The translations under genes and the position numbers were made by a program. This document shows, piece by piece, positions 34,866-35,379 of a stretch of 35,379 nucleotides of DNA (position 1 is the stretch's first letter; each line of letters opens with the position of its first letter). This stretch comes from a virus. Lineage: Duplodnaviria > Caudoviricetes. The notes beneath the pieces were generated by a model, which saw only the letters and a list, made by a program, of their open reading frames with translations, searched no databases and was not told where the DNA came from. The stretch lies in the IMG/VR virus record IMGVR_UViG_3300030376_004203, positions 1-35,379 of that record; one strand, given 5' to 3'.

Positions 34866-35029
34866 TGAATCCTGAGCTAAACAAGCTTGGCTTGGGAGCG
34901 ACAGGATCAATCCTTGCTGTTTCTTTTCAAGGAATTAGCGAGGTAATGTCTATTGTCGCATCGGTGTGTACAATTGCGTACATGGGACTTTGGGTATATA
35001 AAACAATAGTAGAATTAAGAAAGCGATGA
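34865..35029 (+). CDS. Holin-like membrane protein, 54 aa (MNPELNKLGLG...YKTIVELRKR)
   Basis: Translated by hand. One or two hydrophobic helices with a basic C-terminus; TAATG and ATGA overlaps. Not in the ORF track. Confidence 0.65.
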   Translation: MNPELNKLGLGATGSILAVSFQGISEVMSIVASVCTIAYMGLWVYKTIVELRKR

Positions 35030-35379
35030 GTGGTGAATTGGTGGCAATGCTTGGAGGCGGAGTCACGGGATTTGTAATGAAACTAATCTCGGCTCAAATG
35101 AACATCCAAGCCAATGCCATTAAGTCCATGATTCAGAAGCAGGATGCAGCAGATAATTCAGCAGACAGAGCAGCACAAAGATCCGACGAGGGAGGAGCAT
35201 GGGTTAGAAAGCTCATCGCTATGTGCATCTTGTTTTCAGTGGTATTTGCTCCCTTCGTCATGGCCTTCTTTGACATACCAGTAACTATTGAAGCAAATAA
35301 ATTAGGTATATTTAAATTTTTAGGAATCGGAGCAGACAAATGGAAACACCTAGAGGGCTTTGTGTTATTGCCTGAAGTG
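35026..35379 (+). CDS. Membrane protein, possibly holin-like; truncated by the window end
   Basis: Open frame of 118 codons: MSGELVAMLGGGVTGFVMKLI...coiled coil...GAWVRKLIAMCILFSVVFAPFVMAFF... Confidence 0.7.
   Translation, partial: MSGELVAMLGGGVTGFVMKLISAQMNIQANAIKSMIQKQDAADNSADRAAQRSDEGGAWVRKLIAMCILFSVVFAPFVMAFFDIPVTIEANKLGIFKFLGIGADKWKHLEGFVLLPEV

Noticed and set aside
1-35379. tRNA genes, integrase/att site, or self-splicing intron/intein
   Set aside because: Intergenic gaps are short and show no cloverleaf. No recombinase motifs were seen, and terL, helicase and capsid genes are uninterrupted and of normal size.

Overview
This window is a near-complete (35.4 kb) genome of a tailed dsDNA phage with podovirus-type structural genes, opened inside the late operon. 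A non-coding control region at ~25235-25626 separates two divergent arms. The leftward arm (minus strand, 25234->16750) carries small early genes, an invertebrate-type lysozyme, an HTH initiator-like gene with a putative iteron origin, a NUMOD4-HNH-AP2 nuclease, a DnaA C-terminal-like protein, a T7 gp4/Twinkle-like primase-helicase, a probable SSB, PD-(D/E)XK and HNH nucleases, and a dATP/dGTP diphosphohydrolase-like protein. The rightward arm (plus strand) carries terS, an HNH, terL, portal, scaffold, major capsid protein, tail tube A/adaptor and holin-like genes. After the window break it continues with a chain of tiny, very basic ORFs, tail tube B, a 1650-aa tail fibre with an S74 chaperone and three ejection proteins. 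I saw no DNA polymerase, RNA polymerase, integrase, tRNA or CRISPR array. The most interesting observations are: at least seven coupled basic micro-ORFs, mostly missed by the ORF track; an 11-residue-periodic ejection protein; a symmetric repeat expansion inside the S74 chaperone; the i-type lysozyme in the early arm; a hybrid replication module without a polymerase; an ACCAATA leader on five consecutive early genes; and no TAG stop among 48 genes. All family assignments come from recognising motifs by eye, not from database searches.
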